Part shown: positions 13,901 to 27,429 of the stretch, one piece after another
Layout of the letters: each line of letters begins with the position of its first letter
Position numbering within the stretch: position 1 is the stretch's first letter
Assembly: GCA_030704615.1 (NCBI GenBank)
Contig: CM060734.1
Span: 15,128,001 to 15,192,000 of the forward strand
DNA from: Takakia lepidozioides
Taxonomy: Eukaryota > Plantae > Bryophyta
Direction of reading: 5' to 3'
Length of the DNA: 64,000 nucleotides
The notes under the pieces: generated by a model
The model's input: the letters and a program-made list of their open reading frames with translations, nothing else
What the model was told of the DNA's origin: nothing
Database searches by the model: none
Made by a program: the position numbers and the translations under genes

Positions 13901-16900
13901 TACAGCGATAACAAGCGTGAGACCTGCGAATCACCTGGGGTCCACATCGTCTCTAACTTAACTGTTTCTAATTGCATGTGATGGGACCAGGTGAGGGCCC
14001 TCACTTAACATGGATTTTAAAGCTTGAAGTTGATTGGAATCGAGTTGAAGAAGCGACGCCATCTGTATCTTTGGGGGAGAACAATCCTTTCTTCCTCTTT
14101 CCTTTGATCTTGATGGCTCCTATGTTTAACCTAGTATGGTGGACAATCAATCATTACGGCGACTATCTCTTGTTCCCTATGGCATACTGATGTGACAATG
14201 GAGCAATGATATGACAAGCTGATGGCTTTAAGGAGATCTGGTAACATGCTACAATGTAGGGTAGACCTGTTTTCATGACCAGACACTGTTCTTGAATGTA
14301 CAAGCATTGGAAACTTAGCCTCTTTTAGAAGCTGGTTACTTTAGGACTTGATACCATGCCAAACTGATATGGATGGATCTTTTGTGGCCAAATCTGGTCC
14401 TTGGTTATATGCTCTTGAATGTTTACCTATTTTCCAAAATGGTAAGACATTGGTAGATGTGAACAGAATGATTCAGGCATTGTATTCAAGTTGCTTTAGG
14501 ATAAATAATACCAAAGTAACCTGCAGGCCTGATGGGATGAGCAATTCAGATTCTTTGTGTTTCCTATGGATGATTGCATGGCATGTAAATCTGATTATAG
14601 CCTGTTATGGTAATGATTTCCCTACCCCGGATATAGAACTTGGTCTTGGGGCATGGAATAAGAGGTGGGAATATTACTCTACCCTGTCATTGAAATTACA
14701 CACCAGCCCCAGATCTAAAACAGATCATGGGGCAAAAAACATGGTGTCAATAAGTGACTTGATGTGCAAAATAGGGCAGCTGATTATAACCTGTTGTATA
14801 AGCTGCCAAATATCAGTCCGTAACCCTGCTTTGGTGATGTTCTTTATGTAAAGAAATGATCTTATTTTGTTTTCAAGCCTTCTATGATCATAAAAATGGC
14901 TTCTTTAAGACAAACAGACATTTCCAGCCATGAACAGTGATCAATGGATCTTTATTTGGACATGGATACTTACTGCTCAGTCACTTTGGTATGTCCAATG
15001 ATACAAAGAACCCAAAACTATACTAGTTTTTGGGCCAACAATAAATTAGGATGGTTGGTTATGCCTTGGTATGTAAGCTGACCAAAAAATACAGACTGAA
15101 TGACATGGGCGCATGTCATGAATGACACTTTGTAGCATGCTTAACAATGGTTTCCTGCTATGAACAGTGGTAATTGAGTCTCTAATTTTCCCCACCCCCC
15201 CACCCAGAGACTTCATTGACTTTGAAGTCTGGGATTTGTCATAAAGCTGACTTGTGAATGAAGAATGGTTGATAATGCCTTGTTATGAGGCTGATTTGTC
15301 GTTAATTTTACAATGACCTTGTCAGGTCTTTGTCCATGTCTCGACAAGACGTAAGTATCTTCCCTCTTTGATTTAGACCAGTGTACTTGGTGGTTCTTGT
15401 ACACATTATCAACCAATCTCCCTTCTGTTTTCAGTTTTATGTTTGATTTACTAACACCTTGGTCTGAGCATGACAAAAGGTTATCAAATATGTTCCTGAT
15501 TGAAGTGATGAACGCAAGGCAATGGGAAGGCCAAAGCCATGAGATATCAGCCTCCTCTCCTGCCATGACCATGGTGTGGAGCAAGCAAGTCCTTCATAAG
15601 GTAAGATCTTCTCCAGCAAAAATATGTTGGCTAATTGGGCATGGAGAGTAAGCATCCTTGAAGGTACCTGAGATAAGCATAGAACATCTATAGGGCTTTT
15701 GAATGCTGAGATTTTGAGCTAGGCCTTGGTAAGACAGCCTGCTGGAGTAGACGTGTACATGATCCGGTCAGTGCACATTACTCTTGTTTGCCGGTCCCCT
15801 GTAGCCGATGCCTTATGTCAGATTTAGATACCTTATGATACGAATGAGTTCCTTTTCTTTGGCTCAAATGTTTCTATGTTTCGCCTGGTTATGGCTTTGC
15901 TCTTTATAGCACCATAAGAAATACCCAATTCTGATATGCTGCTGGTAGATGTTTTGTCTGAATACCAGGTGGTAAACCCCTCCCAGACTTCATTACCTAA
16001 GTCCCAATACCTGCCCCTTTTGGTTTTGTATACATGTTTTACCCAAAACAAGGGGTGGGTAAACACTAAAAGTCTGATATAAGATTCTTTCCTGATTGTT
16101 ACTTTATGACCTTGGGAATTGAGGGTTCTTTCACTGGCCTCTTCTTCCGGTCACCAGAGCTTATATATAAACTAAAAGGTAAAACTCTACATTTTGATGT
16201 ATGTGTTGATGTACCTTCGTTTGTGTCACAACTTGCCAACTTGGAACATGCCAATGGCAGAAAGTTCATTACCTAAACCTACCCCCATTGGTTTTGTACA
16301 CATGTGGTACCCAAAAATATGGGCTAGGTAAACACTAAAGGGTTGATAAAAGTTTATTTCCTGTTTGTTGCTTCATGAATTTCGGAGTTAAGGTCCCTTC
16401 ATTGGCCTCATCTTTCCATTATCAGAGCTTATGTGTAGCTAAAAGGTAAAACTCTACATTCTGATGTAAGTGTTGATGTACTTTTGCTTGTCACGGCTTG
16501 TTTTGTTTGTTGACCTTGGAGAGTTGAGATTGTAGGCATGTTTATTTCTATGGTTCCTTTGTAACCAGAAGTAAAAGCTACGAAGAAGAGGGAGGTCATT
16601 TATGTGATGGGGTCTGGTATGCACTCCCTTACGGGGTGAGTGCATACCACACTCACTCCATAAGGAGCTGCCATACCAGGGGATGGTTGGTGGGTTCCCT
16701 CTCTCTCCCTCCCTCCATGGATCTGGCTGGTTCTCTTAAAACTTGATAGTTTAAGACCGGTGGTATGTTACCTAACCCCTAATTAACCTTCTTGGAATTT
16801 GGTTAATTTCGGTTATTTACATTACCCGGATTTTTGGTATAAGGTCAGGATACTAATGGAGCCATCCTATTATTATTATTTTTCATCCATAAATGGATGT

Positions 16901-19900
16901 CATCCTCAGAGGATGACACGGATGAAAAATCGAGAGACAATTTCATCCAACGCGGATGAAATCACGATAGATTTCATCCTGCGCGGTAGAGTTCATCCCG
17001 TGTGATGGATTTCATCTCGAATGGATGAAATCGTGGGAAATCACGTGGATGAAATCGCGGGAAATCGCGCTTCATCTTTTCCCTGCCCTAACCCTCTGCA
17101 CGACGATCGTGCTTAAGGGATAGCTGGAGCTGAGAGATGGTGGCAGGGGGCGCATGGAGCTCGATTCAGGCGCCCTTGAATGCCATGGAGCTGCGCCATT
17201 AAGGCATTTAGGTGTTCTGGCAAGATTCAGTGCCTTCTTCCCCTCTTGCGGTGCGCAATGGCGGTAGTACCTGCAATTTCCCCGTGGCGGTTGTCTCTAA
17301 TGCTTGGCGGGCGATCTACCTGTGCTGTGGTTGCTTGTTGTGACCTTCATTGATCATTAAGATACAAGCGGCGATCTTAAGGCCTCGGGGAAGTGTTTGA
17401 ACTCTTTAAGTTTGGGCGATTCACTTTCTTTGTGCATGCTTTGTACATTTTGTTGTGCATTCTTGTTTGTTGGTCTTGAGAGCTATGGCGCATGCCTCTC
17501 TTCCACAAGCCATCAAGGTATTGGCTTGCATATGCTCTGTTTCTTTTTTGCCCCTGCTTTGTATTGCATGTTGTACAGCGATAACAAGCGTGAGACCTGC
17601 GAATCACCTGGGGTTCCACATCGTCTCTAACTTAACTGTTTCTAATTGCATGTGATGGGACCAGGTGAGGGCCCTCACTTAACATGGATTTTAAAGCTTG
17701 AAGTTGATTGGAATCGAGTTGAAGAAGCGACGCCATCTGTATCTTTGGGGGAGAACAATCCTTTCTTCCTCTTTCCTTTGATCTTGATGGCTCCTATGTT
17801 TAACCTAGTATGGTGGACAATCAATCATTACGGCGACTATCTCTTGTTCCCTATGGCATACTGATGTGACAATGGAGCAATGATATGACAAGCTGATGGC
17901 TTTAAGGAGATCTGGTAACATGCTACAATGTAGGGTAGACCTGTTTTCATGACCAGACACTGTTCTTGAATGTACAAGCATTGGAAACTTAGCCTCTTTT
18001 AGAAGCTGGTTACTTTAGGACTTGATACCATGCCAAACTGATATGGATGGATCTTTTGTGGCCAAATCTGGTCCTTGGTTATATGCTCTTGAATGTTTAC
18101 CTATTTTCCAAAATGGTAAGACATTGGTAGATGTGAACAGAATGATTCAGGCATTGTATTCAAGTTGCTTTAGGATAAATAATACCAAAGTAACCTGCAG
18201 GCCTGATGGGATGAGCAATTCAGATTCTTTGTGTTTCCTATGGATGATTGCATGGCATGTAAATCTGATTATAGCCTGTTATGGTAATGATTTCCCTACC
18301 CCGGATATAGAACTTGGTCTTGGGGCATGGAATAAGAGGTGGGAATATTACTCTACCCTGTCATTGAAATTACACACCAGCCCCAGATCTAAAACAGATC
18401 ATGGGGCAAAAAACATGGTGTCAATAAGTGACTTGATGTGCAAAATAGGGCAGCTGATTATAACCTGTTGTATAAGCTGCCAAATATCAGTCCGTAACCC
18501 TGCTTTGGTGATGTTCTTTATGTAAAGAAATGATCTTATTTTGTTTTCAAGCCTTCTATGATCATAAAAATGGCTTCTTTAAGACAAACAGACATTTCCA
18601 GCCATGAACAGTGATCAATGGATCTTTATTTGGACATGGATACTTACTGCTCAGTCACTTTGGTATGTCCAATGATACAAAGAACCCAAAACTATACTAG
18701 TTTTTGGGCCAACAATAAATTAGGATGGTTGGTTATGCCTTGGTATGTAAGCTGACCAAAAAATACAGACTGAATGACATGGGCGCATGTCATGAATGAC
18801 ACTTTGTAGCATGCTTAACAATGGTTTCCTGCTATGAACAGTGGTAATTGAGTCTCTAATTTTCCCCACCCCCCCACCCAGAGACTTCATTGACTTTGAA
18901 GTCTGGGATTTGTCATAAAGCTGACTTGTGAATGAAGAATGGTTGATAATGCCTTGTTATGAGGCTGATTTGTCGTTAATTTTACAATGACCTTGTCAGG
19001 TCTTTGTCCATGTCTCGACAAGACGTAAGTATCTTCCCTCTTTGATTTAGACCAGTGTACTTGGTGGTTCTTGTACACATTATCAACCAATCTCCCTTCT
19101 GTTTTCAGTTTTATGTTTGATTTACTAACACCTTGGTCTGAGCATGACAAAAGGTTATCAAATATGTTCCTGATTGAAGTGATGAACGCAAGGCAATGGG
19201 AAGGCCAAAGCCATGAGATATCAGCCTCCTCTCCTGCCATGACCATGGTGTGGAGCAAGCAAGTCCTTCATAAGGTAAGATCTTCTCCAGCAAAATATGT
19301 TGGCTAATTGGGCATGGAGAGTAAGGCATCCTTGAAGGTACCTGAGATAAGCATAGAACATCTATAGGGCTTTTGAATGCTGAGATTTTGAGCTAGGCCT
19401 TGGTAAGACAGCCTGCTGGAGTAGACGTGTACATGATCCGGTCAGTGCACATTACTCTTGTTTGCCGGTCCCCTGTAGCCGATGCCTTATGTCAGATTTA
19501 GATACCTTATGATACGAATGAGTTCCTTTTCTTTGGCTCAAATGTTTCTATGTTTCGCCTGGTTATGGCTTTGCTCTTTATAGCACCATAAGAAATACCC
19601 AATTCTGATATGCTGCTGGTAGATGTTTTGTCTGAATACCAGGTGGTAAACCCCTCCCAGACTTCATTACCTAAGTCCCAATACCTGCCCCTTTTGGTTT
19701 TGTATACATGTTTTACCCAAAACAAGGGGTGGGTAAACACTAAAAGTCTGATATAAGATTCTTTCCTGATTGTTACTTTATGACCTTGGGAATTGAGGGT
19801 TCTTTCACTGGCCTCTTCTTCCGGTCACCAGAGCTTATATATAAACTAAAAGGTAAAACTCTACATTTTGATGTATGTGTTGATGTACCTTCGTTTGTGT

Positions 19901-20947
19901 CACAACTTGCCAACTTGGAACATGCCAATGGCAGAAAGTTCATTACCTAAACCTACCCCCATTGGTTTTGTACACATGTGGTACCCAAAAATATGGGCTA
20001 GGTAAACACTAAAGGGTTGATAAAAGTTTATTTCCTGTTTGTTGCTTCATGAATTTCGGAGTTAAGGTCCCTTCATTGGCCTCATCTTTCCATTATCAGA
20101 GCTTATGTGTAGCTAAAAGGTAAAACTCTACATTCTGATGTAAGTGTTGATGTACTTTTGCTTGTCACGGCTTGTTTTGTTTGTTGACCTTGGAGAGTTG
20201 AGATTGTAGGCATGTTTATTTCTATGGTTCCTTTGTAACCAGAAGTAAAAGCTACGAAGAAGAGGGAGGTCATTTATGTGATGGGGTCTGGTATGCACTC
20301 CCTTACGGGGTGAGTGCATACCACACTCTTGAGGGGCTTAGGTAGTGGAACACCCAACATGACCTCACAATCATATAGAATATTAAATGCCTTGATATTC
20401 AAACAAAAAGTCCAAACCACATACCTTCATGAAATTGCATAGCTTACAAAACAGACATGCTTATAAAATTGCAGCTTTTTCCATGAATCCTTCTCTATCT
20501 TAAGCTTATGAAGGCGAGGCACGGCAACATGCAGTGATAGAATTGCACAACTGGTTGGGTAAGAGCAACACAATTACGGAAGCAAGGCTTTTAGAGGGGA
20601 AAGAATGCTCACAATTTTGATGCTGCATTGCATATTACAACCTAAAATTCCACTTCAACCCCTGGAGAAGGGCTACGGTTAGCCGTGCCATCATATCTAC
20701 CCCCAGGCCAGAGTCAGCGAGGGTTGAAGCGCACCACCAATTCGCAACAGACAAACTAATTGGGGGGGAAATTGTTTTCTAAAGAAGTTGCTGCATTGCA
20801 AAAGATGATGGTACAGTGTGCTACCTGCACCGCCAATGCACCTGTACTCCTGACCCACTGGGATGGAAGTAGGAAAAATGCAACTGAGGGAAACTGTCTA
20901 TGAGACGAAAGAGCAGCAAATTGCAAATCTTCTCCAGATGGGAGCCA

Positions 20948-21982
20948 CTAGAATGGAGGGGCTTCTATGAGAGGCGCAGTTCCAAAATAACGATGGTTTT
21001 GATCAGATTTGTTGACAAGGACTAATCCCCAAGAAGGCAGCTGGTTGATAAGGGTAGTCTCCAACTCACAGGCGACACTTTTATTGGCCACAATAAGGTA
21101 GAGAAATGGGACCTCCCTCAATTGAAAGTTCATTCGATGCTGTCTAATCCTGCCTGTCAAATTGTCTGACTGTCCAACATAGAACTTTCCATCAGGTCGT
21201 TGGAGCATGTACACACATGAATGATTCGTAGTTGCAGGTGGTGGCAACTGTCGGGGACCCACCAGGGAGCAAGCAATAGTAGGCACTGGTAAGGCTCCAG
21301 TCTCAATATGGGACTCATGACTCTCAAACAGCTTCAGTTTACATACATTGTTGTAGATAGCCATCACGTCCCTTAGGTCTCTCTGAGGCTGAGGTTTTGA
21401 CACTCTGACAGGAGGGACCTCATTTCGCAGACTAGAAGTGCACCCACTTCCTCCGCCCAACATTCCATCCTGGGAATCTAGAGCAAGAATGCCACCAGTT
21501 GTGCTAGAACCATTCATTTGTACCACTTCAGCTGCTGCTCCTGATTCCAAACTCGAAATCCTATCTGACTCGCCACCTAAGTTCAACCTAGTGTTGGATC
21601 TACTATACTTCCACCGGGCTCTATAAAGCTCCTCCGCCCTCTGCACAACACTTTCTGGGACCCCTTCTTTCCTGGCCACCTGAAATGCTAGACTCTCTCT
21701 GCAAGAACCATCAACCAATTTCCAGGTAGGTTCCAACTGGCCATCAATGTCCTTCGTCCCCATAGCTTTTCGGACAACCTTACTGGTTTGGAGCTCCATA
21801 TCCAAAAGGTCATGCAGATGCGTGGAGAGGACTCCAAGGCAGCCAATGCGGTCCAGTGTTTCAATTACACTGGCCGCAATGTAGGTGCCCTTCTGCACCT
21901 CAGTTCCTCGGCACAACTCATCTACCAATACCAGACTCCTTTCAGTGGCCTCTGCCAAAATTGTCCGAAGCTCAGACATCTC
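20948..21982 (-). CDS. MSH1: MSH1 exon 3: Walker B, HTH and C-terminal GIY-YIG endonuclease
   Basis: Acceptor tttctgcag|GAG ATG (EMSELRTI). Motifs LVDELCRGT, STHLH, SLAFQVARKEG and CVYMLQRPDGKFYVGQSDNLTGRIRQH, ending at TAG. The three exons sum to 3774 nt (1257 aa plus stop) with no frameshift. Confidence 0.95.
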   Translation of the reverse strand, partial: EMSELRTILAEATERSLVLVDELCRGTEVQKGTYIAASVIETLDRIGCLGVLSTHLHDLLDMELQTSKVVRKAMGTKDIDGQLEPTWKLVDGSCRESLAFQVARKEGVPESVVQRAEELYRARWKYSRSNTRLNLGGESDRISSLESGAAAEVVQMNGSSTTGGILALDSQDGMLGGGSGCTSSLRNEVPPVRVSKPQPQRDLRDVMAIYNNVCKLKLFESHESHIETGALPVPTIACSLVGPRQLPPPATTNHSCVYMLQRPDGKFYVGQSDNLTGRIRQHRMNFQLREVPFLYLIVANKSVACELETTLINQLPSWGLVLVNKSDQNHRYFGTAPLIEAPPF

Positions 21983-22174
21983 CTGCAGAAATTGTGTTAC
22001 ATTAGAAGATAAAATTTGGCAGAAACTCACACAGAATTAATTCCAAATACCTGAAGAACAAGGATCCAGGTTGAACTTCAAATTAGCAATCGAAAAAATT
22101 GGCAGGTGCAAGAAAGATCTGGAAATAGTACGAGTTCAGAGTCGGGATTCTACTATCAAGCAGTGTCCACCTAC

Positions 22175-23232
22175 CATTTGGAATGAGCTCTTGTTGTCAG
22201 CAGGGCTGTCTGTGGACATCATACGCAGCATTATAGCATCCAATTGTGGGACAGAGGCTTCACGTGCAGGCACCATAAACCCACACACAGCCAAGACTGC
22301 AGCTGCACAAATAGAGCGTAAGATGCTTGACTTGCCACCCCCATTGGGTCCTGTGAGCAGAAACATGGACGCCATTTCTACCGTATTCGCCTCGGCTCGC
22401 TCGCATGTTAGATCTTTCCAGTACGGTATGAGATCAACCAGCACCATATGCCCACCTGTCCCAATAGAATTTAGAGATGCAGGATACAGGACATTGCCGT
22501 CTCCCTCATTGTAAGATGGTTGCTGAGGCGTTGAGTTGCTACTGCATGAGAGTGTGGCAAACACCCACTTGCGCCTCTTTCCTTCACTCACATGCATGCA
22601 CAAAGTCTTTGCAATAATAGAGAGGACAGAAATGAAAATTAGGGCATTCATCTTGACCCTCAACTCCTCTGCCAGAGACCTGAGAAGCTTGACGACTTTG
22701 GCACTTGCTCTGTCAACCGCAGTTCTATAGTCATTCAGTGCATTTTCAACACGGCTGGTGGTCCACCACTCCTCACCCACCTTCTTGCCTTTCCCATCAT
22801 AGGCTACAGCCAAGCGCCTCATCTCTGCCTCTCCCGGCATTTGCCCCCAAACAGGCGGTTTGAAATTTTTGCCTTTGAACCACACTGCCTGATTCTCACG
22901 GCTGTAGCATATTTCGCATTTTCGCCCACCTGAACCACCTCCAAGAGGTTTCTGATATCCTTTCACACAATGTATGACTGGAAGGAAATCAGAAATTAGT
23001 GCACCGGACAGCTCTGCTGCTGCACTCTCAACATTTGCATATTCCTCTTCAGCATGCTCCCTCTTCACACGACCCCTCCAATTGTCCTCCAAGTCACGGA
23101 GAAAATCCTCAGGGATATACGCTCCACTGCTTACAGCTTGGTCTGGGTCCCCTTGCCTTGCGAGCACGCGCCCGATACTTCCTGCCAGCAGTTTGCAGTC
23201 ATCTACTAACTGCTCCCTTTCTATGTGCAGTC
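22175..23232 (-). CDS. MSH1: MSH1 exon 2: core region and Walker A of the MutS ATPase
   Basis: The acceptor gtgacag|GA CTG restores PTWLATG-LHIE. Contains TGPNGGGKSS and ends KSSFQM|gtaggt (phase 0). Confidence 0.93.
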
Positions 23233-23607
23233 CTGTCACCCCAGACCCCCACGCAAAATGTCTGTAGTTCACTGGCTATCTTGGTTTGTCCTCTTAATGT
23301 CTATCTTCTACTGTGATCAGCACTAGATGACAATTGCCGCAAATCCAACTTCCACACCTGGATTATTCTAAATCTGAGAAAGAATTCTTTTCAGATCAGT
23401 AGACACATTTTAATGTCTTGCAAAGCAATCTACTGAAGTGAATAGACTTACAAGAGCAACGATTGATAGGCACTCAGAAAAATTTCATGATCCCTGTCAC
23501 CTTGGCCATTCCATACTTAACAAAAACTTGTATGATGCATTGTACACACATAACCAGCCATCAACAAATTCAAGAGCGTCAGTGTATGAGGTTCATGGAA
23601 CTGGTAC

Positions 23608-25288
23608 CTGTAGCCAACCACGTTGGATCCAGAAGACAGTCCAGAACATGGCTTAGCTGGGGGTCACTGGCCATGTACAGAACATCTTCTGCCATGTTGA
23701 GCATGCGAGCAAACTCAATTTGGTTGGCTTCCTTGGCTTCTATCAGCTTCACCAGCTTGGCAGCCGACACACATGTTAAGTCAGGAATTGAGCTTGTGAC
23801 CTCTACCAATTGCCGGCATGCAGCCTGAATGCAGGTAGCCACCTGGTACGGTGGTGGATGGAGCAACAAATTCCGCAAGTACGAGATGCAGAGACTATTG
23901 GCGTCACTTGGGAGTGCAACTTTGAGCAAGCTGGGGACACCTGGAGTGTGTAAGATACCAATTTGAGATGCAGTACCCACATAGAGTGGCCGAGGCCTCT
24001 CCCCCGACGGGAGCACGATCTCCCGAAACTCCTCATTGGGCTCAAGGTCATACAGCTCCCTTACCTTCGAGAGCAGCTGCTCGACTGGGTCACTCTCGTA
24101 CCATTCCTGGGGCTTCCTCTGGCATTCACCCCATAGCAGGCCCCCCTCCCCCCATCTCACAAGCCCAGATGCGTCGCCTCTCAGAGAGCGATGCATGAAG
24201 AGGCGCTGACATTGCCGCGCACGCATCTTTGCCACTACCGCCTCCTCTGTGAGCCCATCTTCCACAGAAAAAGTGCGCATCATCTCCAACACCGAAACCA
24301 AACAATATCCCCTGGCAGAGCGAGCAATCCCAATCACTTGTACGGGTTCTGGGAACTCCAAGTCCACGTCCGCACCGACCAGCCCGTACACGTAGGGGCT
24401 TCCTGGGTGTGCATGTCCAGCAATAAACCGCTCTTTAAGCTGCCCTTTTGCCTGGCTGGGTCCCTTCACCTCCTCTACAATACACACTGAGAATCCCTGT
24501 CGTGTTAGCTCATCAAGTGCCTGCCGGAGATTCATGATAGGGCACCCTGCCTTGGGAACTGTGTCAGAACGGGTGCCCCCCATGGGATTCAATCCTGCAT
24601 ATTCAACCAGAATACATGCATCAAATCCAACGCCTTCATAGAATTCCCCAACCCTGCAAAGCAACACTTCATGAGGGAATCGCCGCTTCATCTCCAGCAG
24701 CTCAGCATTCATTCTCCCACCTTTGAAGCTGCCATTGCGCAGTGATTCGTCCAACCCAAGCAGATTGTCGATTTTCAGTCTCTTCGTCATCTCCTTTGTT
24801 GACGGTTTTCGGCAAGCCTTCATCTTGTCATCCCACCACTGGATGTATTTCAAGTCCTCACTAAGCAGGGTCTTGAGCTGCTCTGGGAGCTTCCGCCCTT
24901 TTGACACAGACCGTAAGGTTTGAAGCTTAGCGCGAACATTTCGGAAGCCTGAATTCTTGTAGGGGAATTGATTGGAAAAAGCATGCTGAAAGAGGTAGGG
25001 AGCCTGCCGCAATCCGTAATGGCTGCTCAGAAACCACGGTCTGGAAGATCCCAATCTCCTTAGTCTGCCGCCATCCCCTATAGTCAGACTCGAGTAAGGT
25101 CGACAAATGCTGCCATTACTACCACAACTGGCAGTACTATTTCCACCTACGTTGGGGCCCAAATACTGCCTCAATGAAATGAGCTCCCCAGTTATCGTAG
25201 ATGCCCAGGAATGGGCTGCACGTGCAACGGTCATAGAACGCTTTGTATGAGCTCCCCAACCAGGAAATCCCACGAGCATCCCGCTCAT
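23608..25288 (-). CDS. MSH1: MSH1 exon 1: transit-peptide-like N-terminus and MutS mismatch-recognition domain I
   Basis: RVGEFYEGVGFDA (FxE motif), GLNPMGG, PKAGCP, GHAHPGSPYVYGL. In-frame ATGs at 25288, 25279 and 25234; the true start is uncertain. The exon ends ACA G|gtaccag (phase 1). Confidence 0.93.
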
Positions 25289-26479
25289 CAGCGCGTGCTT
25301 ATCAAGAAATTCGACTTCCACAGAGATGACAGATCTCCCAGCAAGTCAACCAATAAAGAGAATCTACTACTGGGTTTCATGAGCTCCAGTGCAGGTTCCC
25401 AAAACCTTGCTTCCAGCTGCATTGAGTCCAACTAGCCCTGCACTCCCTAACAACTACTCACATTCTGTCTCTCTCTATGATGGTTTCGATGACCCACCTC
25501 GTCCCTCTCTCGCCCAAACACACAAGCACACACATTTCTCTCCACACATACCCGCTTCTTTTCTCAGACCGGCCCAAATCACCCGCTCTCGGCTTCCTTC
25601 CTTGCGAGGATTTGTCCCTTCCCAAGGGGTTTAAGGTTTTCCGCCACCCCACACACCGTGTGACTACCTAGCCAGGGTTCGTGTGATCACCTGAGATGTA
25701 TTGGGTCCCACACAATCGAGGAAACGATGCACGTATGACGAACCGAACGAATTCCACAAAATGTTTTGATACCCATTGCGTCAATGACAAATTACGTGTT
25801 CGGGAAGGCCCCTGCCCGCGGGCATTCCCGAACGTGAAGAACGGCTCAGAATCTTCATCCACTTTGCAGAATGTTCGTCCAATCTGCAGAATGTTCCTCC
25901 AATTTGAGAGGCATATTCCCGTCAGGGAGGGACCTTGAATCATATAAGAAAATTCTGGGCAGTTCTTTACGCTATTTAAAGCCCACCAAAACTACACTCG
26001 GTAGGTTCTTACGTGCATGTTCACGTACTTTGGTCATATATACATCTGGGTGTGCAAACATGCACCATTGAGGCTGCAACCATCAGCGGACTGGCTGAGA
26101 ATTGTACCTAATGGCGGGAAACAAGGGAAAGATCCATAGAACATGGATGGCGCGCAACATTCATAACGCGCCGCCAGTAAGCTTGATGATGGGCCGCCGA
26201 CAGAAGAATTCTGTTCTGGACCTGTTCTGGCCGTTGCAGAGAGCATTGGGTAGCATTGAAAGATGACGGCGCAGTGGCGTAGAACAATGGACTCTGTGCG
26301 CATGTAATGAGTGGCTTTCCAGTGCGCAAGTCCAGAGCAGTGTTTTTCTTTTTCATTTTTCCAAAATCAACAGCAGACATATAAATTTTACCCAGTGCCC
26401 ATGTGGCGAGAATAACAAGGTGGCAGGGTTTGGAAAGTGGCACCTTATGTAACAGGTGGCACATTCTAACAGGTCCACG

Positions 26480-27240
26480 TAGTCAAATACAGGATCCTGA
26501 TATTCAGTAACTAGCGCTTTCTGGCGTACTTTTTGGACTTTTACCCCCCATAATTCCTTTGTACAAGTAGCTGACCTTTTTGCCAGGTCGAAATCTGGCG
26601 ATTTTTTGCCAGGAAAAAAAACACTCATTGATTCAGAATCTCCAGAGGTACAAGCTTGTTGGGTGCCTCCAACCTGCAAGTAACCCTCGACAACGTGATC
26701 ACATATGTGCAAGTTGCAGGTCCTCTATGTCTCACAATTGGGGGGACATTTTTCCGCTTCCGGAAATGACGTTTGCGCAAAGTTTCTTTTGTGGCTGAAG
26801 GTGGTCTCCAAAGAGTGAGAGCAAGCCTTGGTGGTTTATGCTACAACCAGCCTCTCGGGCCACTCTCTACCCATAGTTTTCGTGTTTTGCGAGGAAAAGA
26901 TGAACTCGTAAGCGTCTCAAAATCCCCATAGCACTCGGGCAGTACACCAAATGATGATCCAGTAACAGAGAATGGAGAATTCCATGTACGAGTTGGTATG
27001 GACGTCGTGCCAGAAGACACAATGTTGATTGCAGAGTTGTTGGCGGCTCTATTATTGCAATAGATGTGGCACTTCTCCGAAACGTTTCACATGGAAAGAG
27101 AGACGCAGCTTCTCCAACGGTCCAAGATCTCCGGACAGTCTCTTGGCTGAATGGAAGAAGATCCGGAAAAAATCACGAATTGTCACCGGGAAAGCCGCGG
27201 TCATCATGAACGAGGACTTCATCAAGTTCCATGACACAAC
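26480..27240 (-). mobile_element. Degenerate fragment of a TE-associated ORF (possibly related to the SWIM element at 42.4-43.6 kb)
   Basis: Broken reading frames (WNLMKSSFMMTAAFP...FHVKRFGEVPHLL) resemble moss repeat-derived hypothetical proteins as I recall them. This is recollection, not a search result. Confidence 0.3.
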
Positions 27241-27259
27241 ATCTTTCGGCTTTATACTA

Positions 27260-27425
27260 AGAAAGCACGCAGGATGGTCTTCAACACATCCTTCAGGTCG
27301 ATCAGCACCTGATTGTAACCCGAGAATCCATCCATGAAAGAGTAGAGCTCCTTTCCTTCTACTTCCTCCACCAGCGTATCAATGAATGGTAAAGGAAAAT
27401 GATCCTTATGTGTTACCTTGTTAAG
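27260..27425 (-). mobile_element. Ty3/gypsy reverse transcriptase fragment
   Basis: LNKVTHKDHFPLPFIDTLVEEVEGKELYSFMDGFSGYNQV is the characteristic gypsy RT N-terminal block. Confidence 0.88.
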
Positions 27426-27429
27426 GGGG

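Larger units (their letters stand above)
3240..20328 (+). repeat. Tandem head-to-tail array of a ~3.67-kb unit (structure A-B-A-B-A-B-A-B-A; A ~0.94 kb)
   Basis: AGATTTTGAGCTAGGCC recurs at 3240, 8355, 12033, 15709 and 19383 (periods 5115, 3678, 3676, 3674). Identical ORFs recur in the track. Similarity stops after CCACACTC at 20328. Confidence 0.97.

Noticed and set aside
4323-19740. Recurrent short ORFs in the array (68, 72, 123 and 167 aa) as real genes
   Set aside because: They recur only because the DNA is repeated. Many start at non-ATG codons and show no convincing domain.
20948-25321. MSH1 as a recent viral or bacterial insertion, or GTG at 25321 as its start
   Set aside because: It has spliceosomal introns, a transit-peptide-like N-terminus and plant MSH1 motifs. 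The GTG is only the ORF caller's alternative start.
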